Source: an uncultured Eubacteriales bacterium
GTDB lineage: Bacteria; Bacillota; Clostridia; Oscillospirales; Acutalibacteraceae
Reading direction: 5' to 3'
Assembly (NCBI GenBank): GCA_900317025.1
Contig: ONFG01000004.1
Span: 20,454-84,453 of the forward strand
Length of the DNA: 64,000 nt
This document shows positions 39,434 through 47,945 of this stretch, piece by piece (position 1 is the first letter of the stretch; each line of letters begins with the position of its first letter). The translations under genes and the position numbers were made by a program. The notes below the pieces were generated by a model, which was given only the letters and a program-made list of their open reading frames with translations, was not told the origin of the DNA and did no database searches.

Positions 39434-40228
39434 ATGGAAAAGACAGTAAAGGGTGAGAGCAAGATTGCGATGATACCGGTTTTTCGTATTTCCGCCGACC
39501 CGTCGGTAATATCGCAAAGCTACTCCAGAAAGGAGCTTTCCTCTCTTTCAAAGAGCATAGAGCGAAACGGCATTCTGCAGCCGATAACCGTAAGAGATAT
39601 CACGCCGTATGAGTTTGAGCTTGTTTCGGGAGAAAGGCGGCTTAGAGCGGCGGTAATGGCGGGCTTTACGGTCGTTCCGTGCATAATAATCCACTGTTCG
39701 AGAAGACAGTCGGCGGTATATAGGCTTGTCGAGAATATCCAGCGAGAGAGCGGCGACAGCTTCAAGCGTGCACAAGCGCTTGAAACGCTGATAAAAAGCT
39801 ACGGCTTCACCGAAGAACAGGCGGCGCTCCAGCTTGGTATAAGCCGCCGTAGGCTTTGTGAATATCTAAGAATACTTTCGTTTACTCCAAGAGAGCGGCA
39901 GATCATCGAAATGGGGGATCTAAGCTTCTCTCAAATGCAGCAGCTTATAAAGATAAGAGACAAGACGTCGCGCAGAAGAGTTCTGTCAAAGGTGATTAAA
40001 GGCGAGCTTACCGAGAGTGAAACGCAGTCACTCGTCAACAGCGTTCTGAGAAGCGAGCCTTTGCCGATACACAAGCTTATAGTAAAGGATCTGCGCCTTT
40101 TCTGCAACACCATCGAGCGCGCCGCCGCCACAATGAAGCGGTCGGGAATAGACGCATCGCTGGAAAAGAGAGAAAATGAAAGCAGCGTGGAATACCGTAT
40201 AGTTATACATAAGAAAACGGCGGGCTGA
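39434..40228 (+). CDS. ParB-family protein in the Noc position (nucleoid occlusion-like)
   Basis: 264 aa with a ParB N-terminal domain (ILQPITVR...ELVSGERRLRAAVMAG). It is located between rsmG and soj, as noc is in Bacilli. Assignment as Noc versus a second ParB is unproven. Confidence 0.8.
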   Translation: MEKTVKGESKIAMIPVFRISADPSVISQSYSRKELSSLSKSIERNGILQPITVRDITPYEFELVSGERRLRAAVMAGFTVVPCIIIHCSRRQSAVYRLVENIQRESGDSFKRAQALETLIKSYGFTEEQAALQLGISRRRLCEYLRILSFTPRERQIIEMGDLSFSQMQQLIKIRDKTSRRRVLSKVIKGELTESETQSLVNSVLRSEPLPIHKLIVKDLRLFCNTIERAAATMKRSGIDASLEKRENESSVEYRIVIHKKTAG

Positions 40229-40313
40229 CACGTACATCAAAACAGCGTACTCCTCATATCCATATACACATTTCTTCATACCCCATTTCACCGTCCACAG
40301 CGGTGAAAGCAGG

Positions 40314-40341
40314 AAGCCCGGGCTTTGGCTCGGGCTTTTTG
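40314..40341 (+). terminator. Rho-independent terminator
   Basis: AGCCCGGG / CTCGGGCT stem followed by TTTTT. It is preceded by a second hairpin, TTTCACCG/CGGTGAAA, at 40286-40308. Confidence 0.7.
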
Positions 40342-40383
40342 CTGCTTTATTCGGTGAAATATACAATAAACACCGCGCATTAT

Positions 40384-40399
40384 TGTTTCACGTGAAACA
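40384..40399. promoter_or_regulatory. parS centromere-like site (perfect TGTTTCACGTGAAACA) upstream of soj
   Basis: Exact 16-bp consensus palindrome in the noc-soj spacer. Confidence 0.9.
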
Positions 40400-40517
40400 A
40401 TGAAAAACATAAAAACGACTGTCGCTATGAAAAAAATCTAAAAACCCCTTTTCATTGGTGCTTTAAAATGATATAATAATCCTTGTAAAGAAAAGAAAGA
40501 AAGGACAAGAGCCGACA

Positions 40518-41282
40518 ATGAGTAAAATAATTGCAATAGCCAACCAAAAGGGCGGCGTCGGCAAGACGACGACAGCCGTAAACCTTTCGGCAGGGCTTGG
40601 AATGCTCGGTAAAAAGGTGCTTCTTGTGGATATTGACCCGCAGGGAAACGCTACGAGCGGCGTGGGCATTGATAAAAGAGCTACGCAGCACAGTACATAC
40701 GACATCTTCGTAGAGGGCATGAGCGGCAAGGACACCGTAGTAAGAACGAAATTTGAAAATCTCGATCTTCTGCCGTCAAGCCTTGATCTTGCGGCGGCAG
40801 AGCTTGAAATAGCAGACAAAAAGCACCGTGAGGCAATACTTAAATCCGCGGTCATCCCGATGAGGGGAAATTACGATTACATAATCATCGACTGCCCGCC
40901 TTCGCTCGGACTTATCACGGTAAATGCGCTTTGCCTGTGCGACACTATCCTTGTGCCGATACAGTGCGAGTATTACGCACTCGAGGGATTGTCGCAGCTT
41001 ATGAACACAGTTCGCCGAGTAAAGCGCCAGTACAACGAACACATAGAGATCGAAAGTGTGCTTCTCACGATGTACGACGGAAGGCTCAACCTAACTCAGC
41101 AGGTTGTTGAAGAGGTAAAGCGGTTCTTCCCGAGAAAGGTGTTCAATACCGTTATCCCGAGATCGGTTCGCCTGAGCGAAGCGCCGAGCTTCGGTACGCC
41201 GATAATGTATTACGACAGATCGGGAAAGGGCAGCGCCGCTTATCTGGAGCTTGCTAAGGAAATAATAAGTAAAGACAAATAA
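40518..41282 (+). CDS. soj: Chromosome partitioning ATPase Soj/ParA
   Basis: 254 aa with the deviant Walker A NQKGGVGKTTTAVNL and ParA motifs. Confidence 0.95.
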   Translation: MSKIIAIANQKGGVGKTTTAVNLSAGLGMLGKKVLLVDIDPQGNATSGVGIDKRATQHSTYDIFVEGMSGKDTVVRTKFENLDLLPSSLDLAAAELEIADKKHREAILKSAVIPMRGNYDYIIIDCPPSLGLITVNALCLCDTILVPIQCEYYALEGLSQLMNTVRRVKRQYNEHIEIESVLLTMYDGRLNLTQQVVEEVKRFFPRKVFNTVIPRSVRLSEAPSFGTPIMYYDRSGKGSAAYLELAKEIISKDK

Positions 41283-41319
41283 AAATGATCTGACATCTGA
41301 AATCAAAGAGGTGACATAA

Positions 41320-42195
41320 ATGGCAATGAAAAAAGGCGGGCTGGGAAGAGGTCTCAGCGAGATATTCCTTCAAAACGAGAGCGAGGATCAGAACAGCACC
41401 GTTACACTGAAGATATCCGAGATAGAGCCTAACAAAAAGCAGCCTAGGCGCGACTTTGACCCCGAAACTCTTAAAGAGCTTTCCGACTCGATCGAGCAGC
41501 ACGGCGTTATTCAGCCGCTCGTTGTTCGCCCTCTGTTTGACGGCGGCTACGAGATCGTAGCGGGCGAGAGGCGCTTTCGTGCGGCGAGAATGGCGGGTCT
41601 TACGGAAGTTCCCGTTGTTATCAGGGAGCTTACCGATTCGCAGTCGATGGAGCTTGCGCTTATCGAGAACCTGCAGCGTGAGGACCTTTCCGATCTGGAG
41701 CTAGCGATGGGCTACGATTCTCTTATAAAAGAATACGGCATGACGCAGGAGAAGGTAGCCGAGACGGTGAATAAATCCCGCTCGGCAGTCGCAAACACAC
41801 TGCGACTGATGAAGCTTCCTGAGCCTGTAAAGACGATGCTCAAAAACGGCGACATCAGCTCCGGTCACGCGAGGGCGCTTTTAGGTCTCAATGATCCCGA
41901 TCTTATCGAAAAAACGGCAGACGACGTTATCGAGAACGGCTTGAGCGTTCGAGAGACAGAGAAGCGTGTGCAGTTTCTCAACAGGCTTGCTGAAAATGGT
42001 GAAGAGGAACAGCCTCCAAAGGAGAAGATCGACCGCCGCCCGCAGTATTACCGCGAGGTAGAGCTTTCGCTTTCCGAGAGCTTCGGCAGAAAGGTCCAGG
42101 TCAACCAGAAGAACAAAAACAGCGGAACGCTCGTGCTTGAATTCTACGGTGAGGACGACCTTAAAGAGCTTATGAAAAGATTTAGGGAGGATTGA
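41320..42195 (+). CDS. spo0J: Chromosome partitioning protein Spo0J/ParB
   Basis: 291 aa with VIQPLVVRP, GERRFRAARMAG and an HTH region, directly downstream of soj. Confidence 0.95.
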   Translation: MAMKKGGLGRGLSEIFLQNESEDQNSTVTLKISEIEPNKKQPRRDFDPETLKELSDSIEQHGVIQPLVVRPLFDGGYEIVAGERRFRAARMAGLTEVPVVIRELTDSQSMELALIENLQREDLSDLELAMGYDSLIKEYGMTQEKVAETVNKSRSAVANTLRLMKLPEPVKTMLKNGDISSGHARALLGLNDPDLIEKTADDVIENGLSVRETEKRVQFLNRLAENGEEEQPPKEKIDRRPQYYREVELSLSESFGRKVQVNQKNKNSGTLVLEFYGEDDLKELMKRFRED

Positions 42196-42197
42196 TA

Positions 42198-42725
42198 GTG
42201 AAGCTTTCATTGGAAACCGAAAGGCTTATTCTTCGCCCTTTCACTATGGATGATGCCGAGGATATGTTTACCGGCTGGGCGAGCGATCCGGAGGTCACAA
42301 AATATCTGACGTGGCCAACACATACGTCGATAGATCAGACGAGATTCGTACTTGATCTTTGGATAAAGGAGTATAAGGATCCCAAGAGAATAAACTGTGC
42401 TATCGAGACAAAGGAAGACCACAAGCTCATTGGCGGCATTGATATTGTCGGCTATGAGGAAGGAGTTCCCGTTATAGGATACAACCTTTCGAGAAAATAC
42501 TGGGGAAAGGGCTATATGACCGAGGTCTGCCGCTGTATGCTCAACTATCTGTTCTCGCGAGGGTATCCCGATGTAAGGATAGATGCCGTGGTAGAGAATA
42601 TCGGTTCTAACAAGGTCATTCAAAAGTGCGGCGGCGAACTGATAAAGACCGAGGAAGAATGCTTTAAGATGAAGAATGATAAGATCTTCACGGTGAATAA
42701 ATACGTTGTAAAGAATAAATATTGA
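42198..42725 (+). CDS. GNAT-family N-acetyltransferase (RimJ/RimL-like)
   Basis: ORF 42192..42725 with GTG 42198 after AGGGAGGA. TERLILRPFTMDDAEDMF..W..DPEV..YL is the typical Acetyltransf_3 N-terminus. Confidence 0.85.
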   Translation: MKLSLETERLILRPFTMDDAEDMFTGWASDPEVTKYLTWPTHTSIDQTRFVLDLWIKEYKDPKRINCAIETKEDHKLIGGIDIVGYEEGVPVIGYNLSRKYWGKGYMTEVCRCMLNYLFSRGYPDVRIDAVVENIGSNKVIQKCGGELIKTEEECFKMKNDKIFTVNKYVVKNKY

Positions 42726-42745
42726 TATAAAAGGAGAAACCTGAA

Positions 42746-44023
42746 ATGATCGACATCAAGTTTTTAAGAGAAAATCCGGACGCAGTAAAGGAAAATATCA
42801 AGAAAAAGTTCCAGGACAGCAAGATCCCGCTCGTTGACGAGGTGATCGAGCTTGACAATCAGCGCAGATCAACTCAGCAGCAGGCTGATGGTCTCAGAGC
42901 TGACAGGAACAAATATTCAAAGCAGATCGGCGCTTTGATGGGTCAGGGCAAGAAGGAAGAAGCTGAGGAGATGAAGAAGCTCGTTACCGAGAAGTCCGAG
43001 GAGCTTGCAAGGCTCGAGGAGCAGGAGACGGAACTTTCCGAAAAGGTCACAAAGATCATGATGACTATCCCGAACATCATCGACGAGAGCGTGCCGATCG
43101 GCAAGGATGACAGTGAGAACGTCGAGATCGAAAAGTTCGGTGATCCCTTCGTTCCCGATTTTGAGATCCCGTATCACACCGACATTATGGAAAAACTCAA
43201 CGGCATCGACCTGGACAGCGCACGCCGTGTTGCCGGCAACGGGTTCTATTACCTCATGGGCGATATTGCGAGACTTCACTCTGCAGTTATCGCTTATGCC
43301 CGCGACTTCATGATCGACAGAGGCTTCACATACTGTGTGCCGCCGTTTATGATAAGAAGCAACGTCGTAACGGGCGTTATGAGCTTTGCTGAGATGGATG
43401 CTATGATGTACAAGATTGAGGGCGAGGATCTTTATCTTATCGGGACATCTGAGCATTCGATGATTGGAAAGTTCATCGACACAGTTATCAAGGAAGAGGA
43501 GCTTCCGAAGACGCTCACGAGCTACTCGCCTTGCTTCCGCAAGGAGAAGGGTGCTCACGGCATCGAGGAGAGAGGTGTTTACAGGATCCATCAGTTCGAG
43601 AAGCAGGAAATGATCGTAGTTTGCAAGCCCGAGGAAAGCAAGATGTGGTTTGATAAGCTCTGGCAGAACACGGTCGACCTTTTCCGTTCACTCGATATCC
43701 CCGTTCGCACGCTCGAATGCTGCTCCGGTGACCTCGCAGACCTCAAGGTTAAGAGCATAGATGTAGAAGCATGGTCTCCGAGACAGAAGAAATACTTCGA
43801 GGTAGGCTCCTGCTCGAACCTCGGCGACGCACAGGCAAGAAGACTTAAGATAAGAGTCAGCGCCGGCAAGCAGAAGTATTTCGCTCACACGCTCAACAAT
43901 ACCGTTGTGGCTCCGCCGAGAATGCTCATCGCGTTCCTTGAGAATAACCTCAACGAAGACGGCTCCGTCCGTATCCCCGAGGTTCTCAGACCTTACATGG
44001 GCGGCAAGGAAGTGATAAAATAA
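42746..44023 (+). CDS. serS: Serine--tRNA ligase
   Basis: 425 aa with an N-terminal coiled-coil arm (MIDIKFLRENPD...) and a class II catalytic core. Confidence 0.95.
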   Translation: MIDIKFLRENPDAVKENIKKKFQDSKIPLVDEVIELDNQRRSTQQQADGLRADRNKYSKQIGALMGQGKKEEAEEMKKLVTEKSEELARLEEQETELSEKVTKIMMTIPNIIDESVPIGKDDSENVEIEKFGDPFVPDFEIPYHTDIMEKLNGIDLDSARRVAGNGFYYLMGDIARLHSAVIAYARDFMIDRGFTYCVPPFMIRSNVVTGVMSFAEMDAMMYKIEGEDLYLIGTSEHSMIGKFIDTVIKEEELPKTLTSYSPCFRKEKGAHGIEERGVYRIHQFEKQEMIVVCKPEESKMWFDKLWQNTVDLFRSLDIPVRTLECCSGDLADLKVKSIDVEAWSPRQKKYFEVGSCSNLGDAQARRLKIRVSAGKQKYFAHTLNNTVVAPPRMLIAFLENNLNEDGSVRIPEVLRPYMGGKEVIK

Positions 44024-44344
44024 ATCCAGCTATAAAGAATTTTACTTAGCGAGATGAATGTCTCGGACGAGCTGCGAAGATTCTGGCTTACTGCGATATC
44101 GACGGATTCGGACTTCGCCGCACCGACGTAAAAAATGAGAGGAGCCGAGTAGTCCGCAAGCAATCGGAGCTTGAAGCCATAAAATCCGGCGAAAGAATCT
44201 TTGTATGTGTCACCGTCAACTATAAGGAGGTCCTCAGAGAATGGAGCAGATTTACCGGATTTGTAAGCCGATGCGCACCTGAGATATTCTTTGAGGAGAA
44301 GGAAAGAGTTACCGAGACTATTAAACATATGAATCCCGAGCATA

Positions 44345-44391
44345 CAAGATAAAAGACAAGCTCCGCTGCGGTGAAAATAGCAGCGGAGCTT
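44345..44391 (-). terminator. Rho-independent terminator of the SleB-like gene
   Basis: AAGCTCCGCTGC / GCAGCGGAGCTT 12-bp stem (44358-44391), followed on the minus strand by GTCTTTTATCTT. Confidence 0.8.
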
Positions 44392-44396
44392 ACGGT

Positions 44397-45053
44397 TTAC
44401 ATACAAAATACGTGCTTACCGATAGTTAGCATGATCGGTCGCGAACGGATCCATCTGCTTGTAGCCGTTACGGGATTGTAGTAGTAAATGCAGCCGTTGG
44501 AGGGATCCCAGCCATTGAGCGCGTCTACGGCGGCGCGCTTGCTCGATTCCGCAACGGGCTGGTTTATCTGACCGTCGTCAATGCACGAAAACGCGCCCTT
44601 CTGGTAGACGACTCCGGCTATTGTATTAGGGAACGACGGGTGCTCCACGCGGTTCAGAATCACCGCGCCGACTGCAACCTGCCCCTCGTAAGGCTCGCCT
44701 CTTGCCTCGGCAGAGATCGTTCTCGCGAGAAGGTCTACCTCGCTCTGAGAGTAGCCGTAGCTGCCCGAGCTCTCCGAAAGTCCGAGATACAGCAGCGTTT
44801 TAGAGCCTGCTATCCCGTCGGGCGTAAGTCCTACGCTTTTTTGAAACGCGACGACAGCGTCCCTCGTCTGCTTGCCGTAAACGCCGTCGACTGCGCCACT
44901 GTAAAAGCCGAGCGACTGAAGCTTTTGCTGGATCTGCGTTACCTCGCCGCCGGTTGAGCCGTACTTCGACAGCGCCGAGACGTGCATCCCGATTATCGCC
45001 GCCGCAAGCGATAATACCAGCAGCAATGAAATGAGTACAAATAGCTTTTTCAT
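44397..45053 (-). CDS. Cell-wall hydrolase, SleB-type (signal peptide + PG-binding domain + Hydrolase_2 domain)
   Basis: 218 aa with a signal peptide (MKKLFVLISLLLVLSLAAA), the PG_binding_1 repeat (GEVTQIQQKLQSLGFYSGAVDGVYGKQTRDAVVAFQ) and a SleB-type catalytic domain (ARTISAEARGEPYEGQVAVGAVILNR...YYYNP). Confidence 0.88.
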   Translation of the reverse strand: MKKLFVLISLLLVLSLAAAIIGMHVSALSKYGSTGGEVTQIQQKLQSLGFYSGAVDGVYGKQTRDAVVAFQKSVGLTPDGIAGSKTLLYLGLSESSGSYGYSQSEVDLLARTISAEARGEPYEGQVAVGAVILNRVEHPSFPNTIAGVVYQKGAFSCIDDGQINQPVAESSKRAAVDALNGWDPSNGCIYYYNPVTATSRWIRSRPIMLTIGKHVFCM

Positions 45054-45271
45054 ATGTTTCTCCTTGCAGTAAACTTATGGTGATATTGTTTGCCGGATAC
45101 GGAAAATTATTCAAGGCGGAGCTGATTTTTTAGGGAGTGCGCAGGGAAAGAAAGAATTATATCAAAAAAATTTAAAAAAAGTTCCAAATAGCTCTTTATA
45201 TTTTTTCCAAGATATAGTATAATTATCGTGTAGGATTTTTTCCGTATAATTTTTTCAGGAGTGTGAAATAA

Positions 45272-46135
45272 ATGTTAGTAAACGCAAAGGAAATGCTCGT
45301 AAAGGCTAAGGCAGGTCATTACGCAGTAGGTCAGTTCAACATCAATAACCTCGAGTGGACGAAGGCTATCCTTCTTACAGCTCAGGAGCTTAACTCTCCC
45401 GTAATTCTCGGTGTTTCCGAGGGTGCAGGCAAGTATATGACGGGCTTCAAGACTGTAGCCGCTATGGTAAAGGCTATGGACGAGTCTCTCGGCATCACTG
45501 TTCCGGTAGCTCTTCACCTCGACCACGGCACATATGAAGGCTGCTACAAGTGTATTGAAGCAGGCTTTACGTCTATCATGTTCGACGGCTCTCACTATCC
45601 GTTTGAGGAGAACCTTGCAAAATCCAGCGAGCTTGTAAACGTTGCTCACAACCTTGGTCTTTCAATCGAATGTGAAGTAGGCTCCATTGGCGGCGAAGAA
45701 GACGGAGTTGTAGGTATGGGCGAGTGCGCAGATCCCGAGGAGTGCAAGGTCATCGCTGATCTCGGCGTTGATATGCTTGCAGCAGGTATCGGTAACATTC
45801 ACGGCAAGTATCCCGAGAACTGGCAGGGGCTTTCCTTTGAGACGCTCGACGCTATCCAGGCTAAGACAGGCGAGATGCCGCTCGTTCTTCATGGCGGTAC
45901 GGGTATCCCCGCTGACATGATAAAGAAGGCCATCACTCTTGGTGTTTCCAAGATTAACGTTAACACAGAGTGCCAGCTCTCCTTCCAGGAAGCTACAAGA
46001 AAGTACATCGAAGAGGGCAAGGATCTTCAGGGCAAGGGCTTTGACCCGAGAAAGCTTCTCGCACCCGGCTTTGAGGCTATCAAGGCTACGGTCAAGGAGA
46101 AGATGGAGCTCTTCGGTTCCGTTGGCAAGGCTTGA
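45272..46135 (+). CDS. fba: Class II fructose-1,6-bisphosphate aldolase
   Basis: 287 aa with YAVGQFNINNLEW, HLDHG and LVLHGGTGIP motifs. Confidence 0.93.
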   Translation: MLVNAKEMLVKAKAGHYAVGQFNINNLEWTKAILLTAQELNSPVILGVSEGAGKYMTGFKTVAAMVKAMDESLGITVPVALHLDHGTYEGCYKCIEAGFTSIMFDGSHYPFEENLAKSSELVNVAHNLGLSIECEVGSIGGEEDGVVGMGECADPEECKVIADLGVDMLAAGIGNIHGKYPENWQGLSFETLDAIQAKTGEMPLVLHGGTGIPADMIKKAITLGVSKINVNTECQLSFQEATRKYIEEGKDLQGKGFDPRKLLAPGFEAIKATVKEKMELFGSVGKA

Positions 46136-46163
46136 TCTTTGCGTTTAAACTCTAAATAATGTT

Positions 46164-46205
46164 ACCGCTTCGCAATAACTTTATTGCGAAGCGGTTTTCT
46201 TTTTT
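46164..46205 (+). terminator. Rho-independent terminator after fba
   Basis: ACCGCTTCGCAATAA / TTATTGCGAAGCGGT 15-bp arms followed by a TTTTCTTTTTT run. Confidence 0.9.
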
Positions 46206-46278
46206 AACAATTGAGTTAATAACTTATCAGAATAATCAAAAAGTTTGCTCATTTTTTACTATTTATACTCTAAAATGC

Positions 46279-46307
46279 TTGATTTTTATGTGGAAATATG
46301 ATATAAT
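46279..46307 (+). promoter_or_regulatory. Sigma-A type promoter (TTGATT-17-TATAAT)
   Basis: TTGATT at 46279-46284 and TATAAT at 46302-46307, about 64 nt before ATG 46371. Confidence 0.6.
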
Positions 46308-46370
46308 GACTTCTGTTTGGAAGTGTGTAATAAATTAGTTGTACTTTTGTTTCAAGGGTGAATTATCATT

Positions 46371-47903
46371 ATGGATTTGGTCGATATGCTAAACGCTGTA
46401 TTAGAAGATTACTCTGATGTGAGAATTTCACAGATCACCGGAATAGAGCGTACAAGATTAAACAGGATAAAAAACGGAAAGTTTAAAATAACGATCGAAG
46501 AGCTGAGGAAAATAGTGAATTCTTTTATGCTCAGTGAAGAGAAGGCAAAGGAGCTTTACGATCAGTATCTTTACGAGAAGCTGGGGAAGGACAGGTATAA
46601 TTCTCGTCTTATCGCTAAGGAATTTCTTATAAGCCTTAACACAGACGAAAGCCTTGGCCTGTTCAAAAATAGTATACTGAAAACGTCGCTGAGTGAAGAT
46701 TTTGATATAAGCGAGGATATCGTGGCTATCAACGGAGCTTTTTCCGTTAGGCGTGCGTTAAACTATGTAATGATACAGGCCACGACAAATAAAGACAAGA
46801 TAAGGGCGATAAGCTCGCCCTTTAGCGACTATTTTCTCGCTCAGATATTTCTTATAACTTCGTCGGAGCCGGAGCTTGAGCTAGACCATATCTATTCTCT
46901 TTCTTCTATAAACGAGCTTACAGAGCCGCTGACCTACTATATGAGCGTTGCGAAGGCTGTTTACCCGATCTTTATGCTCAATACGGGGTATAATGCATAT
47001 TATACGCTGGTGGGTCACACCACTAACGCTTTAATGCCTTACTGTGTTATCACGAGCAATTTCTTTATGATGATAGCACCCGACGGAACGTCGGCTGTTA
47101 TCACAAAAGCAAAATCGGTTATCGAGCTGCAAAAGAAGCTCTTTGATGAGCGCAAAAAGCGCTGCTCGTCCTTTATTCAAAGGATAAGAAGCACCTATAG
47201 CTATTTGGAGTATTATTGCTCGATCATTGAAAAATCTACGGCTTCTATAAGCAGCGGAGTTTACTATTCCATTGATTATGAGCCGTGTGTACTGTGCTTC
47301 TTTAAGAAGGAAGAACTGGAGCAGTGCATCACTAATATCAGTAACGATGAAAAGCTTGTTTCTCTGTTTTCTCAGTTTGTAGGTAGCTCTTACGATAGCT
47401 TCAGGAAAAACAAGCAGATATCCTTCTTTACAAAGGCGGGGCTTCGCTCCTTTATAGAAACGGGAACGATCGCAGAAATCCCCGATTCTATCGGTCTCGT
47501 TTTAAGCAGTGAACGGCGAAAAGAGGTTCTGCAAAGAGTGCTTGATAAGATGAAGGAAGAAAACAGTAACAAAATATACTATCTTCTCAACGAAAATGAA
47601 TTTGCTCCACCGTTAGGTCTGCGTTTCCTTGGCTCGGGAACAAAGACAGATCATCTGTTTGTTATTTCGAACAGGTACGGTGACGGCAAGAGTATCCTTT
47701 CCTTTGAAGACGACTCGAAAAGCAAAGAAGCGACGCATTCTCCCGACATTACAAGCAGCGGTTTCAGATCTATTCTCCGTTTTTCAAATCCAGAGATCAC
47801 GGCAGCGGTTTATGATTTCGTGGTTTCGCTCCACGATACCAACATGGTCTACTCTAAAGAAAAAATGATAGAGTATATGGAGCGGACGATCGCCGAAATG
47901 TAA
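46371..47903 (+). CDS. HTH (XRE-like) protein with large uncharacterised C-terminal region (510 aa)
   Basis: The N-terminal ISQITGIERTRLNRIKNGKFKITIEELRKIV resembles an XRE-type HTH. I recognised no motif in the remaining ~440 aa. GC is lower than in neighbouring genes (about 38% in a sampled 60 nt versus about 47% in fba). Confidence 0.75.
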   Translation: MDLVDMLNAVLEDYSDVRISQITGIERTRLNRIKNGKFKITIEELRKIVNSFMLSEEKAKELYDQYLYEKLGKDRYNSRLIAKEFLISLNTDESLGLFKNSILKTSLSEDFDISEDIVAINGAFSVRRALNYVMIQATTNKDKIRAISSPFSDYFLAQIFLITSSEPELELDHIYSLSSINELTEPLTYYMSVAKAVYPIFMLNTGYNAYYTLVGHTTNALMPYCVITSNFFMMIAPDGTSAVITKAKSVIELQKKLFDERKKRCSSFIQRIRSTYSYLEYYCSIIEKSTASISSGVYYSIDYEPCVLCFFKKEELEQCITNISNDEKLVSLFSQFVGSSYDSFRKNKQISFFTKAGLRSFIETGTIAEIPDSIGLVLSSERRKEVLQRVLDKMKEENSNKIYYLLNENEFAPPLGLRFLGSGTKTDHLFVISNRYGDGKSILSFEDDSKSKEATHSPDITSSGFRSILRFSNPEITAAVYDFVVSLHDTNMVYSKEKMIEYMERTIAEM

Positions 47904-47907
47904 TAAT

Positions 47908-47941
47908 AAAAGGCTTTCACTAAAACGGTGAAAGCCTTTTG
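47908..47941. terminator. Bidirectional terminator between convergent genes
   Basis: AAAGGCTTTCAC / GTGAAAGCCTTT 12-bp stem flanked by A-runs and T-runs. Confidence 0.85.
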
Positions 47942-47945
47942 CATA

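Noticed and set aside
43993-44406. 137-aa minus-strand ORF between serS and the SleB-type gene
   Set aside because: Its first codons lie inside the stem of the SleB-gene terminator and overlap the SleB stop. Its 3' end overlaps the serS 3' end, and its internal ATGs (44343, 44328) lack an SD. I kept the region as a finding because it may be a decaying gene on the other strand.
46275-46330. Tiny ORFs (8 aa and 16 aa) upstream of the 510-aa HTH gene, considered as candidate signalling-peptide genes
   Set aside because: They overlap the -35/-10 elements of the predicted promoter and lack an SD and a signal sequence, so there is no support for translation.
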